A stretch of DNA of 64,000 bases, from assembly GCF_004010195.1 (NCBI RefSeq), contig NC_057718.1, positions 103,047,566 through 103,111,565 on the forward strand. Reading direction: 5' to 3'. A program made the position numbers and the translations under genes. Below the pieces are notes generated by a model that was not told the DNA's origin, ran no database searches, and was given only the letters and a program-made list of their open reading frames with translations. Numbering within the stretch: the stretch's first letter is position 1; each line of letters starts with the position of its first letter. Shown here one piece after another: positions 13,170-26,700 of this stretch. Source of the stretch: Chiloscyllium plagiosum. Taxonomy: Eukaryota.

Positions 13170-14596
13170 GAATTAAAATGTCACAAGAGCTTTATTTGTG
13201 TGGTATCCTGACACCAAATTAAATACTCTCCCAAGTCTGCATAACAGAATGGAGTCTTCAGAAAGCTCAGTTGGAAGTTAAGTCAAATTGAAAGAGTTTA
13301 ACTTTCTAGTAATTGACACATTAGCAAAAAACCAGAACAAAGACATAGCATTATTGCATGATCCATCAATGTATAACTTTGGGCTGATAATGGGTTAATG
13401 GCAACATTCAAATAGTGTACAAGGAAATGTTTGGGTTCTACTCATTTGCCTGAGAAACATGAATCCCAGTGAGCTTAAAACACAAACATTGCTTAAAAAA
13501 AAACTTACTGAAATATTTTTGTCTTGCACTTATCAGAACATTTCACAAGAAATACAAGGTAAAGGGGAACAACATTTTATGTACACAATAAGAAGATAGT
13601 GCTGACTGTCTCGAAAGTAGATTCTTTCCAACCAATCAGCATGCTGTTCTCATACAGTATAAAATGTTGCTCCATTTTATTTTCTTGTGAATGGTTCTGA
13701 TGAGTACAAGCCAACAAACTTTGCTAAAATGTCTTTCTTCAGCAATGTTCAAAAGTGCACTACCAAACTAACAGTAAAAAAGCAAAAAATGGTAACAAAG
13801 AAATTAAAACCAGTACAAAGCATTAGCAGTTTTTTACAATAAGAATCCCTTGGATTATAACAAGTCACTTATTTGCAAAAAGACAGAACATTTGCATTAG
13901 ACTAATTTAATGATGCTTGTTGAAGCTGCCAATTGTTGAAATTAAATCAGGAAAAAGTGGCAGAAGATTGCAATGACTGGTTATTATTCTAGGAAAATGT
14001 ACCTTAGGACTTTGTTTCACGCTTAAGCAAAATACTAAATGGTTCTAGAAAGTTTACAGATAGGACCTTTGGTGATGCAGCCACAAATATTAAGATCATG
14101 TCAGCTTCAATCCAAAGCCTTTGTGAAACTACATTAAAGGGGGGAAAATATCCAGGGTTCCTTTTCCTGACCAGTTGAGAGCCCCACTCCTAATGGAACT
14201 GCTTGTACTAGTCTCAGATTAGTTTGGGAAGAGATGAAATGCTTTTTACAATCCAATAGTCACAAAGCACACACAGCGAGGATCAAAGTCTTGAATTAAG
14301 GCAAAGAGGGATGAAAAGAAAAAGTGACACTAAAAACGCAAAGATTTTTAAGTCATGATATTAGAAACAGACTACTGGGAGAAATACTGTAATGTACTTT
14401 TTAATAACGTAATTATAATGTAAACACACCTGCTTTCTCATAAGCCAACACAAGCCTCCATTCACTTGTCCAGCTACATTGCAGAGAAAAAGATGCACAG
14501 CTGATCCTCTGGAAAGAAAATGTATACTCTTTCAGCTGACTACGATCTCCTTCATCACATTCCTCTAGTAACCAATCATCCCTTGGTTCTACAAAG
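13170..14596 (-). other. ETAA1: Probable ETAA1 3' UTR (end uncertain)
   Basis: AT-rich sequence after the stop codon; minus-strand AATAAA at 13677-13682 and 13191-13196, ATTAAA near 12740. The signal actually used cannot be determined. Confidence 0.45.
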
Positions 14597-14715
14597 TCAC
14601 GTAGGTGGTGAACGAGCATCGATAGCTTGCATTTTCATCTTCCTCCGAGCCAATGCTGCCAATTTCTTCTGTTCAATCTCTTGCAATGAGCATTTTGTTA
14701 CTGGCTTCTCCAAAA
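14597..14715 (-). CDS. ETAA1: ETAA1 exon 6 coding part (RBM2, stop)
   Basis: Acceptor ttccatttgtgcag; translates VLEKPVTKCSLQEIEQKKLAALARRKMKMQAIDARSPPT*. Confidence 0.93.
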
Positions 14716-17700
14716 CTGCACAAATGGAAAGCATAGCAAGAAATATCCTTTGGGACAATAGCACTGATGCATAATTTGCATTTCATATAACAGTTATATA
14801 AAAGGTCACACAAAAGTTTCAAGTTTAGCTCAACAGAATTTTGAGATGGTGAGCTGATGTAGATCCCAGCCGTGTCTGTTCTAACACTGGAAAACAATCC
14901 ACTGTACAGAATTTACTAAGAATTACAGCCGCCTGTCAAGTACTGCCTTCCAGAACTTTAAGGCATGGGTCCTTGATTTTGTCACTTCTGCAGAGCACTC
15001 GAATATCCTCAAACAGTCTACCCCCTCAACAAACTCCAACAGCAACTTGCATTCCATGCCTTGTCGAATCCAACTTGCTCATCAGTCTCACCTCATCCTT
15101 GTGGTTTGGGTTAGTTAACTATGCCTCCATAGGTTTGCATTTAATTTAAAACCCTGCCTTCAAACTGCCGGACACCTTCCTTATTCTAATTTCAGAAACC
15201 TCCTCAAGTTTTGCTGCCCCGTTTGCCACAGTCCCGAGACCTCGGAGATTCTTGCCTTTTTCCATAGCTACCTTCAAAATTAACTGCCTCAGTTATTATG
15301 TCCCCTTTTTAAAATCAGGCATGCTTTATTGATCTATATTAAAAATGCCAGCACACGAAAAATCTCTTTTTGATAGTAAGAGTGAATTCCTACTGCTATA
15401 GTCACAATATTGAGACACCTCATTTGTGCCTTCAGCGACTTAGGGATGAATTACAATACTGGAAAATAATTAATGAGGAACTTTTTAAAACTATTGATTC
15501 CAAATTCACTAAGTAGCAGGAGATTATCCTTCCTCATTTAATCTTCCGTTCAGGAATATTTATTGCCTGGGAGCACATATCCGAAATTCAGGCATGCAGC
15601 CCAGTCTGCGTGGTTAGGCTCCCCAGTGACAGTGCAAATTCAGAAGATTATCACCACTGTAATAGTGTTTATCTGAAATACTGTAGTGCCGCTGAAAACA
15701 AGACATTAGTTATCACAAATGTAACGTAACAGGGCATGAGTAACATTTCACCAGAATTGCACGCAAAATGTTGAGAACACCTTCTCACCTTTGGTCTGTA
15801 AAGAAGAATCAGAAAAATGTCTCTTTAGAGGTGCTGCTGGATATCGCGTCACTGTAGAAAATGTTGTTGACTGAACATTTCTTTCCACAGGGCTTTTCAC
15901 ATGATCTCTGTTGCCAAAAGTCTTTGCCCTTTGCATTACATGACTGCTGGTGTTTCCCTGAACACCCATCACAGACGAATCCATAATTTTAGTGAAGTTA
16001 AACCTTGGAGTCCTGGGAGTGCCAGCAGTATTCTGTGATTTGGGGGCTGTGTGATTCACGGTTACAGTACATGTAGAAAGTTTCTGGCTATGGCCAAAGT
16101 TTGCACTGATTGAAGCCCGAAGCAAATTTGAAATGCCATCACTATTTCCAGAGCCAGGCACAAATTTGGATCTGTTCAAATTCACTGCACACGTGTTGGT
16201 AGTGCTTGACAAACAGCAATCCTGGAAACTGCTTAGGGAATTCAAATGATGGCTTTGTGTAGGGAGTGTAGCTGCAGAACACACCAGGCATGTCAAATCT
16301 CTGGGCCTTAGCAAATGCTTCACGGAAGGTGCATTACTTTGTTTTGCTGCTAACTGTCCTTTAGAGATTTTGCTTTCTGACATGAGGGAAGACTGATTGT
16401 AATTTAAATGCTTTTGCTGTCCATCCAAGCTCTCAGTAAACTGATTTTTTTGCATGTTCAAAGGCAAAATAACATTGTTTGTTAAAGACTGGTTGCTGTT
16501 TACTCTGTTTAGTTCGGTAGCCTCACTGATCGTAGCTGCCCCAGAGTCCTGGCTTTGAATCTGCTTTTCTACATCATCACACATCCTGTTCAAATCATCA
16601 TCATCATCACTAGGTCCCCACTGACTGTCCAATTCGATAAACATATTTTGAATTTCATCAGAGAAGTTTTCATCATTCCAGTCGTCAGTTGACACTGCAA
16701 GTGGAGCACTCTGCAGCAAGGTACCAAACTTCCTCGGTGAAGCAGGACTACAGGGTCTTCCAGATCCCAAATGATCAAGGGATTTGGGAAGCACTGAACT
16801 GCCAGTGGAAACAAGGGTATCCTTTGTACTCATCTGTACACCACCATTGCACAATGTCTGTTGATTAAAAGGTTTTGTGAGAGTAAAGGAACTTGATTCC
16901 ATTTGAGGTACGTTAAACAGATGAGAATTGCACTGAGGTCTTGGAACGTCAGAATTCCTCTGTTCATTTTTTATAAATACATTAACCACAGGTTTAAACG
17001 CATTGCTTTGTTGAATTTTGTCATGAGGTGCCTGCTCACTCATCTTATCTTTAGATTTGCTCTGTAGTGCAAAGGTAGCCCTTGGCTTTGGTCTCTCAGG
17101 TCCTCTTGCAAACTGCAAAGCTTCAGCCATCATCTCAGAGTCTTTACATTTGTGAACGGGGCCTTGCAACGGCTGCAAAAAGGATGAAGATGGCACGGTG
17201 CCAGGAGCAGCCTCCAAATTGGTCAAAACATTACATTTGTTTGTACCATTTTGGTTAGTAGCAGCCAAGGTGTGACCTGATTGGTTCGGGAAATGCTTGC
17301 ATTCTTTGGGCGTGGCAATAAGCTCTGGGTTCTGTGTAATTTGCATTATAAAAGAGTCCTCTGCCATCCAGTCATCATTCTCCCAGTCATCAAACCCATC
17401 ATCCTCTGGAATAATTTCAGATGTGCAAAGTGCTCCTGCCTTACCTATGAATCGAGTATTAGTATCTTTTTGCTGATCCAATTCACCACCTGTGGTGACG
17501 GCTTCACAAGCAAAATCTGTGTCGTGCTTGGAGCTTGCAGTGTGGTCAATGAAAGTACTGTTCCCTGCATCTATTCCCAATGGCTTTGATGCTTGAAGGT
17601 CGCTAGGTAGCTTACCAGTCAGACAGGAAGTCACCGGATCGACTACTGCTGTATTAGTGCTGTATTTGTCAGGCTCTAGACCATCTTGTGCAGGTGCTGA

Positions 17701-20700
17701 AACTACTTTGGAAGTAGAGGATTCCTCCACTTTTGGACTTGGAGTGTCACTGCCTGAGAGGCCCTGACTCAGAGGTCGACTAGTATGTTGGGTGGGTCCA
17801 TCAAACAAAGCATTAACAGCAGCTTCAGCTTCTAGATCTAGTGGTTTCTCGTTACTGTTCTGATTGTGTAGCTCAAGTACAGGAACGGTGCTGCCTGTAC
17901 CATTTGTAACTTGCCCAGCTATTGCAGTCACAGGTATCTGTTCAAATGCTGAAAAGTCAGAATTCAGTTGCTCTGTTCCCAGTGTCTGTTCCCAATCCGC
18001 AGAATCTGAAGTCCAGTTAACTCCACTGGCTTCCTGACCATAACCAACATCTTGTTCCACCATATTCCGGTCAAATTCTTTTGCTAACTTCATCAGTTCT
18101 TCATCTGTGCTCCTTTGAAATCTAAAATGAATTTTAAAATTGTCATATTCGAATAATCTACTTGTAAAATAAAGCGTTATATTTTAAAAAGCAAAATTGA
18201 ATTTCTTTGCATGAATATTTTGCCTCCTTTTTTAAGAACTTCATTAATGAACAACTTAAAATCAATATAACAAGCTGCAAGTAAACTCCCAAAGAAGCCT
18301 AATAAAAGCAAAATACTGGGATGCTGAAAATCTGAAATAAAAACAAAGTGCTGCAAAAACTCAGCAGGTCTAGTTATGTCTGTGGAGACAGAAACAGAGT
18401 TTACATTTTAAGTCCAATATGATTCTTCTTCAGAATGTATAAGTTAAAATATCAGTAGCTTTCTATCAAAAGTGGCACTTACAAGAAATCATTAGATGAG
18501 GACAGGGTAATTGAAATCAGAAAAAGATTCTGATTTCTGAATTAATGGTAATGAAAGACAGCAAATTTTAAACTTTATAAAAATTCATTCGTGGGACATG
18601 GGCTTCGCTGGCTAGGCCAGCATTTATTGCACTTCCCTAATTGACCAGAGGGCAGTTTCTCACATTGATAAGAAATTGATAGTTTTTTAGATATTCAAGA
18701 TATCAAGGGGTATGAGAAAATGCAGGACTGTGGTGTTGAGATAAAAGATCATCCATGATCATACCTGAATAACGAAGCAGACTTACAAGGCTGAATGGCC
18801 TACTCCTGCTTCTATATTTCCATGTTGCATTTTGTAAAGGATTTGTGCATACAAGTGAATTTGATAGGTATAACATCTGTTTACAAGTGGTAATAACAAT
18901 AAGACAATCAGGCATTGGGAGACTTACATTGTGCACATGCACAGCAAGTATCCACATTTATACACAGGCCAAAACTCGGAGTGGCGTGTACACTTCAGTG
19001 GGGAAAGAACTCTCCCCTCAGGTCAATGCACATGGATAGATCTGTGCAAAGTACTAAAACCTGCATGTGTAAAACTTCAGAATAAAATTTCTAAATATTA
19101 AGAAAAAGCAATAAAATTGGCCTAGTTCCAACTTATACCTGATTTTGTTTCTTTCCCATGCTATATCAAAACAGAGCACACTAGCTAAAATAGTGGTGAA
19201 TTTTAAACAGCAATTTCTATTTTAATGGCCTCTTTAATGCAATGAAACATGCCAAATGTTTCATAGGGACAGAACAAAAAAAAGGAAACACAGGGCAGAT
19301 ATCAAAAGCTTGACCAAAGAACATCTTACGGAAGGAAAAGCAGAGGCGAGGAGAAGTTAGGAAGGCAGTTCCAGAATTTAAGGCCAAGGTAAACAAAGGC
19401 ACTGCCACTATTAGTGCAGCAACTAAAATCAGAGATGTTCAAGAGGCCAGAATTCAAGGATTGCTGATACCTTGGAGAATTATATGGCCCAGAGAGAGCA
19501 GGGACAGGGAAGTATGGGATCGACAGAGATACAAAGACAAAGATGAGAGCTGCTTTACAAAATTTGATAAAAGATTCTGAGAGGGTTTGGCAGGGTTGAT
19601 GCTGAGTGGATGTTTCCCCAAATGGGGGAATCTCAAACCTGAGGGCACAGTTGAAAATAAGGTGTCTCCCATTTTAAATGGAGATGAGCAAACACTTCTC
19701 TCAATCTTTAGAATTCTCTACCTTAGAGAGTAGTGGACGCTGGGACACTGAATATAGTCAAAGCAGACAGATTTTAATCCGTAAGAGTGTCTGCAGGCAG
19801 GAAAGTGGAGTTAAAGCCACAACCAGATTAGCTACAATCTTATGAATGACTTGGTAGGTTTGACAAGTCAAAAGGCTTCTGCCTGCTCTTACTTCTTATG
19901 TTAAAGTTCACAGTAGGTTAAATGTAGGAGAGCTCATTCCATGTGTTTTCAAATAGTCACATCTGAAGGTAACAAAGGCATCTATGAGATCCTGCAGATC
20001 TGAAGCAGACATAAAGTTGGGCAATGTTAGGAGATAGAAATAGAGGGTATAAGCAATGTGATACAATGTAGTGGGTATGTGAGTAGTACACCTGGTCAAA
20101 ATAGTGTTTGCAAACTGTCTAGTTCAACCTCCAGCAGTTGCCAGGGAGAGGAATATTAAATTGAGAATGTTGTTTATAACCAAGTTCAATCTGTTAATAC
20201 TCTGAACAAGTGAATATCAAAGTAGTAACCTGCAAGTAAAGAAGTTTAGAGCTCTGTTTTTAAACTGAAAGTATTTCTCAGACACGTTTAAACTTGAACA
20301 ACAGTTCAATAAAGGCATTGTATTATTACCATAATGCACCTAAAAACTCAAGTAAAAAAGGTCAGCATGTCCTGGAAAAGAAATGTAAAGTTCAGTGATT
20401 TATCTGACATGAAGTAGTTTTGTCCAACTTTGTGAATAGCCAATCTCAGAATATTATTTAATGATTGAAACTGATTTATAATAGTTATCAAATTTGAGTG
20501 TCATGTATACTCAGGTGAGGGAACACCACGTGCACAGCTTTCTTCCACTTAAACTTAACACATTTTTGCTACAGACTCTTCTTCAACAGTTGTCGGGTAC
20601 ACATTTCTTAGCAAGTAATTCTGTTTATATCAATAAGATATTAAACAAAATTGAAATATGAACACTTCCTCTTGAATTGATTGAACTATTTTATAATCTT

Positions 20701-23700
20701 GAGCCATCATGACATTGGCAAGTAGTATTATCATCTTAATCACAACATAAAATTTTTCAATAAATTATGAATACATCAACTTTAGCCCAGCGTCATCATA
20801 AAATTTAAGTTTCCCTTAATAAAGTGACTTGGGTATAAAACTTTTGATATGAAAATGTATATATTTCCTTAATCAATGCTTATGCAAATATCTTACAGTA
20901 AGAGCATGGTAACATTTGCATTACAAGCGAATACTTGTACAACCTCACTATAACTCTATGACTCTGTAAAACAGTCTGCTTGTGGCACATACCTTGAATT
21001 ATTTGTTTTGATCCTTTCTCGAAAAGAAATGGTGGGGCTACACTGGATTGCATCCTCACCAAGCCATAGGTTCAGAGGCACTTCAGAGGATCGCTATTTA
21101 ACCAAAAGAAAGGCTATCAATCATCAAATAACTTTAGGCACTTCTACCTGATTTAAATGTATTTCAAAGAACAAAATACTAAAAATAGGTAACAAGAATT
21201 TTATTTAAATCAGGATCTCTGTTTGCTAAAGAAAAGTTGTAATTTTATGTGGTGTGGCAACAGTAACTAAGACAGGTAATCCAACTTTGTTCCTCATTTG
21301 TTCATCTTCTGACGACACTCTAGCATCGTGAATCAAAATGGATAGGATTTTAAGGCTTATCCCTAACACTTTAATGAAAGCAGGGAAATGATAATCAACT
21401 GAAATCAAAGAAAGCTGAAAATAGCCTGGGGTAGTCACAGTTCAGGAAGGAGGAATTCCATCCGCTCATGAGCAACACAGCAAATTGCATTTCTCGATCC
21501 ATTTAGTACACAACATCTGCACAACGAACCCCAAATTGTAATGACGAAGTGGGTAATTGGAATACATGAGTGAGACATGAACTAAATAGACCACCAAGCG
21601 ACCATACACAAGTTAGGCAGCTTCCATGGAGAGAGAAAACTAGAGTTCAGATTTCAGGTCAATGATCTTTCAATGATTTTGTAAAGTAACTCTGAATTAT
21701 GGATACCAACTGAGAGACAATATAATTAGTCAGTTCCCCTAGGTTTGGGATGTGCTCAATAACATTAAACTGTTCAGACCCAATATTATCAGTGGGTTCC
21801 TTCAAGCCCAAAGGTAGATTAGGATACATCCTTTCTGGTCACTTTGAATAAACAACATAAAGTTCATTATCTCACAATTATTTACAAGTTACATGAATAT
21901 GACCATATTGCTAGAGACAGTTAAGAGCATTGTTAGCTCGAAATCCGTTTCCTACAATCTCCTTCTTTACTCTGATCAAGTCCTGCAACATCATCACAGT
22001 GGGTGGTGCTTACACCAATCAATTCCTAACCCTTTCAGAACTCTATGCAACAGAAGGTTTACAAAGTGGTCGATTACCTGTGGGGCAATACGCTTTACAA
22101 TGTCAGATATTTCCACTACATGTTGCCCAGTCACAGACTTCTTTTCCATGCCTGCATAAGCAAAGGTGAGAAGCTAATTTGATTATCAATAAGGTCAACA
22201 AAACAAAATGTTTTTAAAGAAAAGCACAATAATTCAAACAAGCTGGGCTCTAGTGTTTTATAACCTATCAGCAAAAATAAAGTGATTCTACACAATTTTA
22301 AACATGCTGGCCTAAGGATTACGCTGTGGGGTGCCGATAGACTAATGTTCAGCACATTGAACTGATACTGCTCTCAAGCATTTTAGCAAAGTCGTTCATC
22401 GGTTTTGCAGTGAGCTTTATAAAACCCTTACTTAGCCTTCCAACTTGAAACAGCACCCCATACAATCATCAGTCTTTCTGCCAGAAAATAAAATTCTTAT
22501 TTTAACAGCTTCAAATGATATATGTGCTGCCTTTAAAATGTGGCAGTAAGTGACGAAACTTACAAATATTAATGAGATAACAATGTACATAAAATTGTTG
22601 CTGGCAACTATGTGACTAGTAAGATATGATAGGCAATACATGGGCACTATTGTGCAGTGACCAATTCAAGTTCTAAACATGCTGAAGAGTTAGGCAGGTG
22701 AGACAAGGCAATGAGAAAAATATCAAAATAGAGTCAAGAATAAGACTGAATAAAACTCAGACACTTGTTAATGTTCAGATACTTGATAATGTGTTACATT
22801 ACCCAATTTAAATGTGGTTGGAGAGTGTTGGTCCCAATAAATATCCTGTTGTAACTCATTGTCATTGACAGGGGAATTGTGATTTGCAATGAGCTGTTGC
22901 TTTTTCAATATCCTCTTAGGAGTTTTATTCGACGATATTTCTGTAAAATAAAAATAGATTTAAAAATAGTACAAAAACTGGGAGTGCAGTTAAAAATAAT
23001 TATACTTAGGAGAGGCTATCTGCCCAGTTTAGAACAGCATTTATTTAGGATGGAAATACGAATATCTTTACAAAGAAACATAGGAAAGGACATGAACCAC
23101 AGAATAACAAAGTAATGTCTGAAATAAATGTGTCCACTTACGAATAATTTTGTAACTTTTTATATAGTGGATTTAGTGTGCATTGTTAATTCCCAAGAGA
23201 TGAAATACTTCAGGGGAGAAATGTTCCACTTAGGCACAATAATCCAGTTCCAATTTATTACCACTATCATTACAATGTAACTACTATCTACTCACAAGAT
23301 GACCTGCTACCTTCCAAAGACTTGCTAATAAGAAACATTCAAATAAACCTCACACTAAGGGAAATTATTCTTTCAGTCATTAAATATTAAAAACTCTCTT
23401 CATGGGGTTTCCCTGAGGGATGACAGGATCCAAAGGGTCCCAAAGAATCCATCTCCCTTGTGAAAAGTGCATTAATCTCAGCTGTACAGTACAGGTGCTA
23501 AAGCACTCAATGAGGAAACTCAAGTAGTTTGCAATCTGAGTCCTAATTACCAGTCCATAGACTCCTGCTTGATGTGCTCACAGGAATGTCAGCAGAGGCC
23601 AGGAGCCTCAGTTGTGCTGACCAACCTCACCCTTTTCAAACAGCCTGCCAATAATCACAGACTATGTGTGAAAAATGGGCACAGGGTTATGGTAAAGGAT

Positions 23701-26700
23701 GGCATCTGAGCACAGTGAGCAGCCAATGCCTTCAAAGATAGTAAACAGGAAAACTACTGGAGAAAATGCATATTAATATATTTTTTCTGAGTGCTCTCAG
23801 AATTGCAAGTTGTTATCCATGTGCAATCTTAGATCGTCATTATGATTAGATTAGATTCCCTACAGTGTGGAAACAGGCCCTTCGGCCCAACAAGTCCACA
23901 CCGACCCTCCGAAGAGCAACCCACTCAGACCCATTCCCCTACAATTACCCCTGACTAATGCACCTAACTCTATGGGCAAGTTAGCTTGGCCAATTCACCT
24001 GACCTATATTTGAATTATCTGAATTTAATAATTTTGAGCATGAATGCTACATTTGTTATTGCTGAAAAAAAGCTGTAGAGGATTTTTTTTAGGACAAAAC
24101 CTAATATTTATACTGTATTAGTGCTGATTGTTTGCCAAGTGGACTCTGCTCAGCAGAGGGGTTGTGGAAAATGTTACCAGCAAATAATGACTAACAGTCC
24201 GTGCTGTGACAGAAACAGAGAGATGGTGGTGCTGGATGTCTTGAAAAGTAGCTGAAAACGTGTTGCTGGAAAAGCGCAGCAGGTCAGGCAGCATCCAAGG
24301 AGTAGGAGAATCGATGTTTCGGGTATGAGCCCTTTTTCAGGAATTCCTGAAGAAGGGCTCATGCCCGAAACGTCGATTCTCCTGCTCCTTGGATGCTGCC
24401 TGACTTGCTGCGCTTTTCCAGCAACACATTTTCAGCTCTGATCTCCAGCATCTGCAGTCCTCACTTTCTCCTGTCTTGAAAAGTACAAAGGTAGATAAAT
24501 CCCCAGGACCAGATCATTGGTTAGGCCACTTTTGGAATATTGCATGCAATTCTGGTCTCCTTCCTATTGGAAAGATGTTGTGAAACTTGAAAGGGTTCAG
24601 AAAAGATTTACAAGGATGTTGCCAGGGTTGGAGGATTTGAGCTAAAGAGAGAAGTTGAATAGGCTGGGGCTCTTTACCCTGGAGCATCGGAGGCTGAGGG
24701 GTGAGCTTATAGAGGTTTATAAAATCATGAGGGGCAATGGATAGGGTAAATAGACAAAGTCTTTTCCCTGGGGTGGGGGAGTCCAGAGCTGGAGGGCATC
24801 GGTTTAGAGTGAGAGAGGAAGATGATATAGAGGGCAACTTTTTCACGCAGAGTATGGTGTGTGTATGGAATGAGCTGCTAGAGGAAGTGGGGGAGGCTGG
24901 TACAATTGCAACATTTAAAAGACATCTGGATGGGTATATGAATAGGAAGGGTTTGCAGGGAAATGGGCCAGGTGCTGGCAAGTGGGACTAGATTAAGTTG
25001 GGATATCTGGTCGGCATGGACGAGTTGGACCAAAGGGTCTGTTTCCGTGCTGTACATTTCCATGACAGTTAATTGCCAAAGTTTGCTTAAATTTTGAATC
25101 AGGCAGATGGATTCAGATTGTTCAAGGCTTTGCCCTGAAAAATGAACCAGCAAATGGATGTCAGCTGCTTTGTTGAGCTGAAACAGGCACTGTGCATTGA
25201 CATTATGTTCTTCCTGTCTGCGAGTACAGGCATCTGGTATACACAAGTGTGCCACACTCGAGCCCAAATGACAATCCTAAATATCATCTTCACTTGAAGT
25301 ACCGAAGTGAGAAAATTACTTCCAATTGTCAGGAATGGATTATAGTGTTTGGTTCACAATCAGCAATTCCAGATTCAATTGCATCACAGAAAGAAATCAC
25401 TCCTCAAAGTAGCATTAAACTTCAACATGGGAATAAAATGCAAAAGTGATACATGCACCATTCAACTGTGTTGCATTTGGAAATCAGATTGAATGACACA
25501 ACCTCCAAATCCTGGAAGTGAAACTTAATCCCATCTGAACAACATATGGGTCTTTATTATTTCATAGTAAGATTTTGATAAACTGTGCACAAAATTAAAA
25601 CCAATTGCTAACCTCTACCACCATTCTGCACAAAGACTAAAAACAAAAAACAGAGTCATAGAGTTTTTCAGCACAGAAATGGACCCTTCAGTCCAACTCG
25701 TCCACGCCAAGCAGATACTCTAAACTGATCTCGTCCCATTTAATAATTCCCATATCCCTCCAAACCTTTCTTATTCATGTACCCATCCAGATGCCTTTTA
25801 CATAGTTTTAGATTAGATTAGATTCCCTACAGTATGGTAACAGGCCATTCGGCCCAACAAGTCCATACCGACTCTTCGAAGTGAAACCCATTTCCCTCTG
25901 ACTAATGCACCTAACACTATGGGCAGTTTAGCATGGCCAATTCACCTAACTTGCACATCTTTGGATTGTGGGAGGAAATCGGAGCACCTGGAGGAAACCC
26001 ACGCAGACACGAGGAGAATGTGCAAACTCCATACAGTCACCTGAGGCTGGAATCGAACCCGGATCGCTGGCACTGTGAGGCAGCAATGCTAACCACTGAG
26101 CCACCATGCAGCCACGATGGCTGATAATGGGTCACAGTGGACAGGATTTCACACAATGCTGCAAAGATCAAGCTGCAAATTTAAAGCTTGTGTAATTTAG
26201 GAAAGTTCATAGAGCACAGGGATAGAACTTCAGCCTTAGACATGACATTTTGGATCAGCAGTAAGAGGTTTATCTCGGAGTTAGAACCGTGCAAGATGAA
26301 ACGAGAGTGTGGGGCTGGAAAAGCACAGCTGGTCAGGCAGCATCCGAGGAGCAGGAGAATCGACGCTTCAGGCATAAGCCTTTCTTCAGGAATTCCATAA
26401 GGCCTTCATCAGGCTTATGCCCAAAACGTTAACTCTCCTGCTCCTCGGATGCTGCCCGGTCCACTGTGCCTCTCCAGCACCACACTCGCGACTCTGATCT
26501 CCAGTGTCTGCAGCCCTCACTCTCTCCTCTTCCAATGCAAATTGAAGGCCCCACTTCAGAATTTGATTTGCTCATCTCATGTGACACTTTGTTCGAGGCC
26601 ACAATGGAATACTTCAAGTGTCCCTGAAGAAACCTTCACCTGAGATTGTTTGTTCTGGTGATTATAAGTAACTCCACGAGAATATACAAAAGAAATGTTG

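Larger units (their letters stand above)
24205..25065 (+). mobile_element. Internally deleted CR1 in ETAA1 intron 1, carrying a Penelope-type insert at 24251-24471
   Basis: VVLDVLK..KVDKSPGPD region jumps to the RPLLEYCMQFWSP region and the 3' UTR. Confidence 0.9.

Noticed and set aside
15748..18093. 781-aa ORF as a standalone intronless gene
   Set aside because: It is ETAA1 exon 5; splice sites at 18121 and 15789 link it in frame to the other exons.
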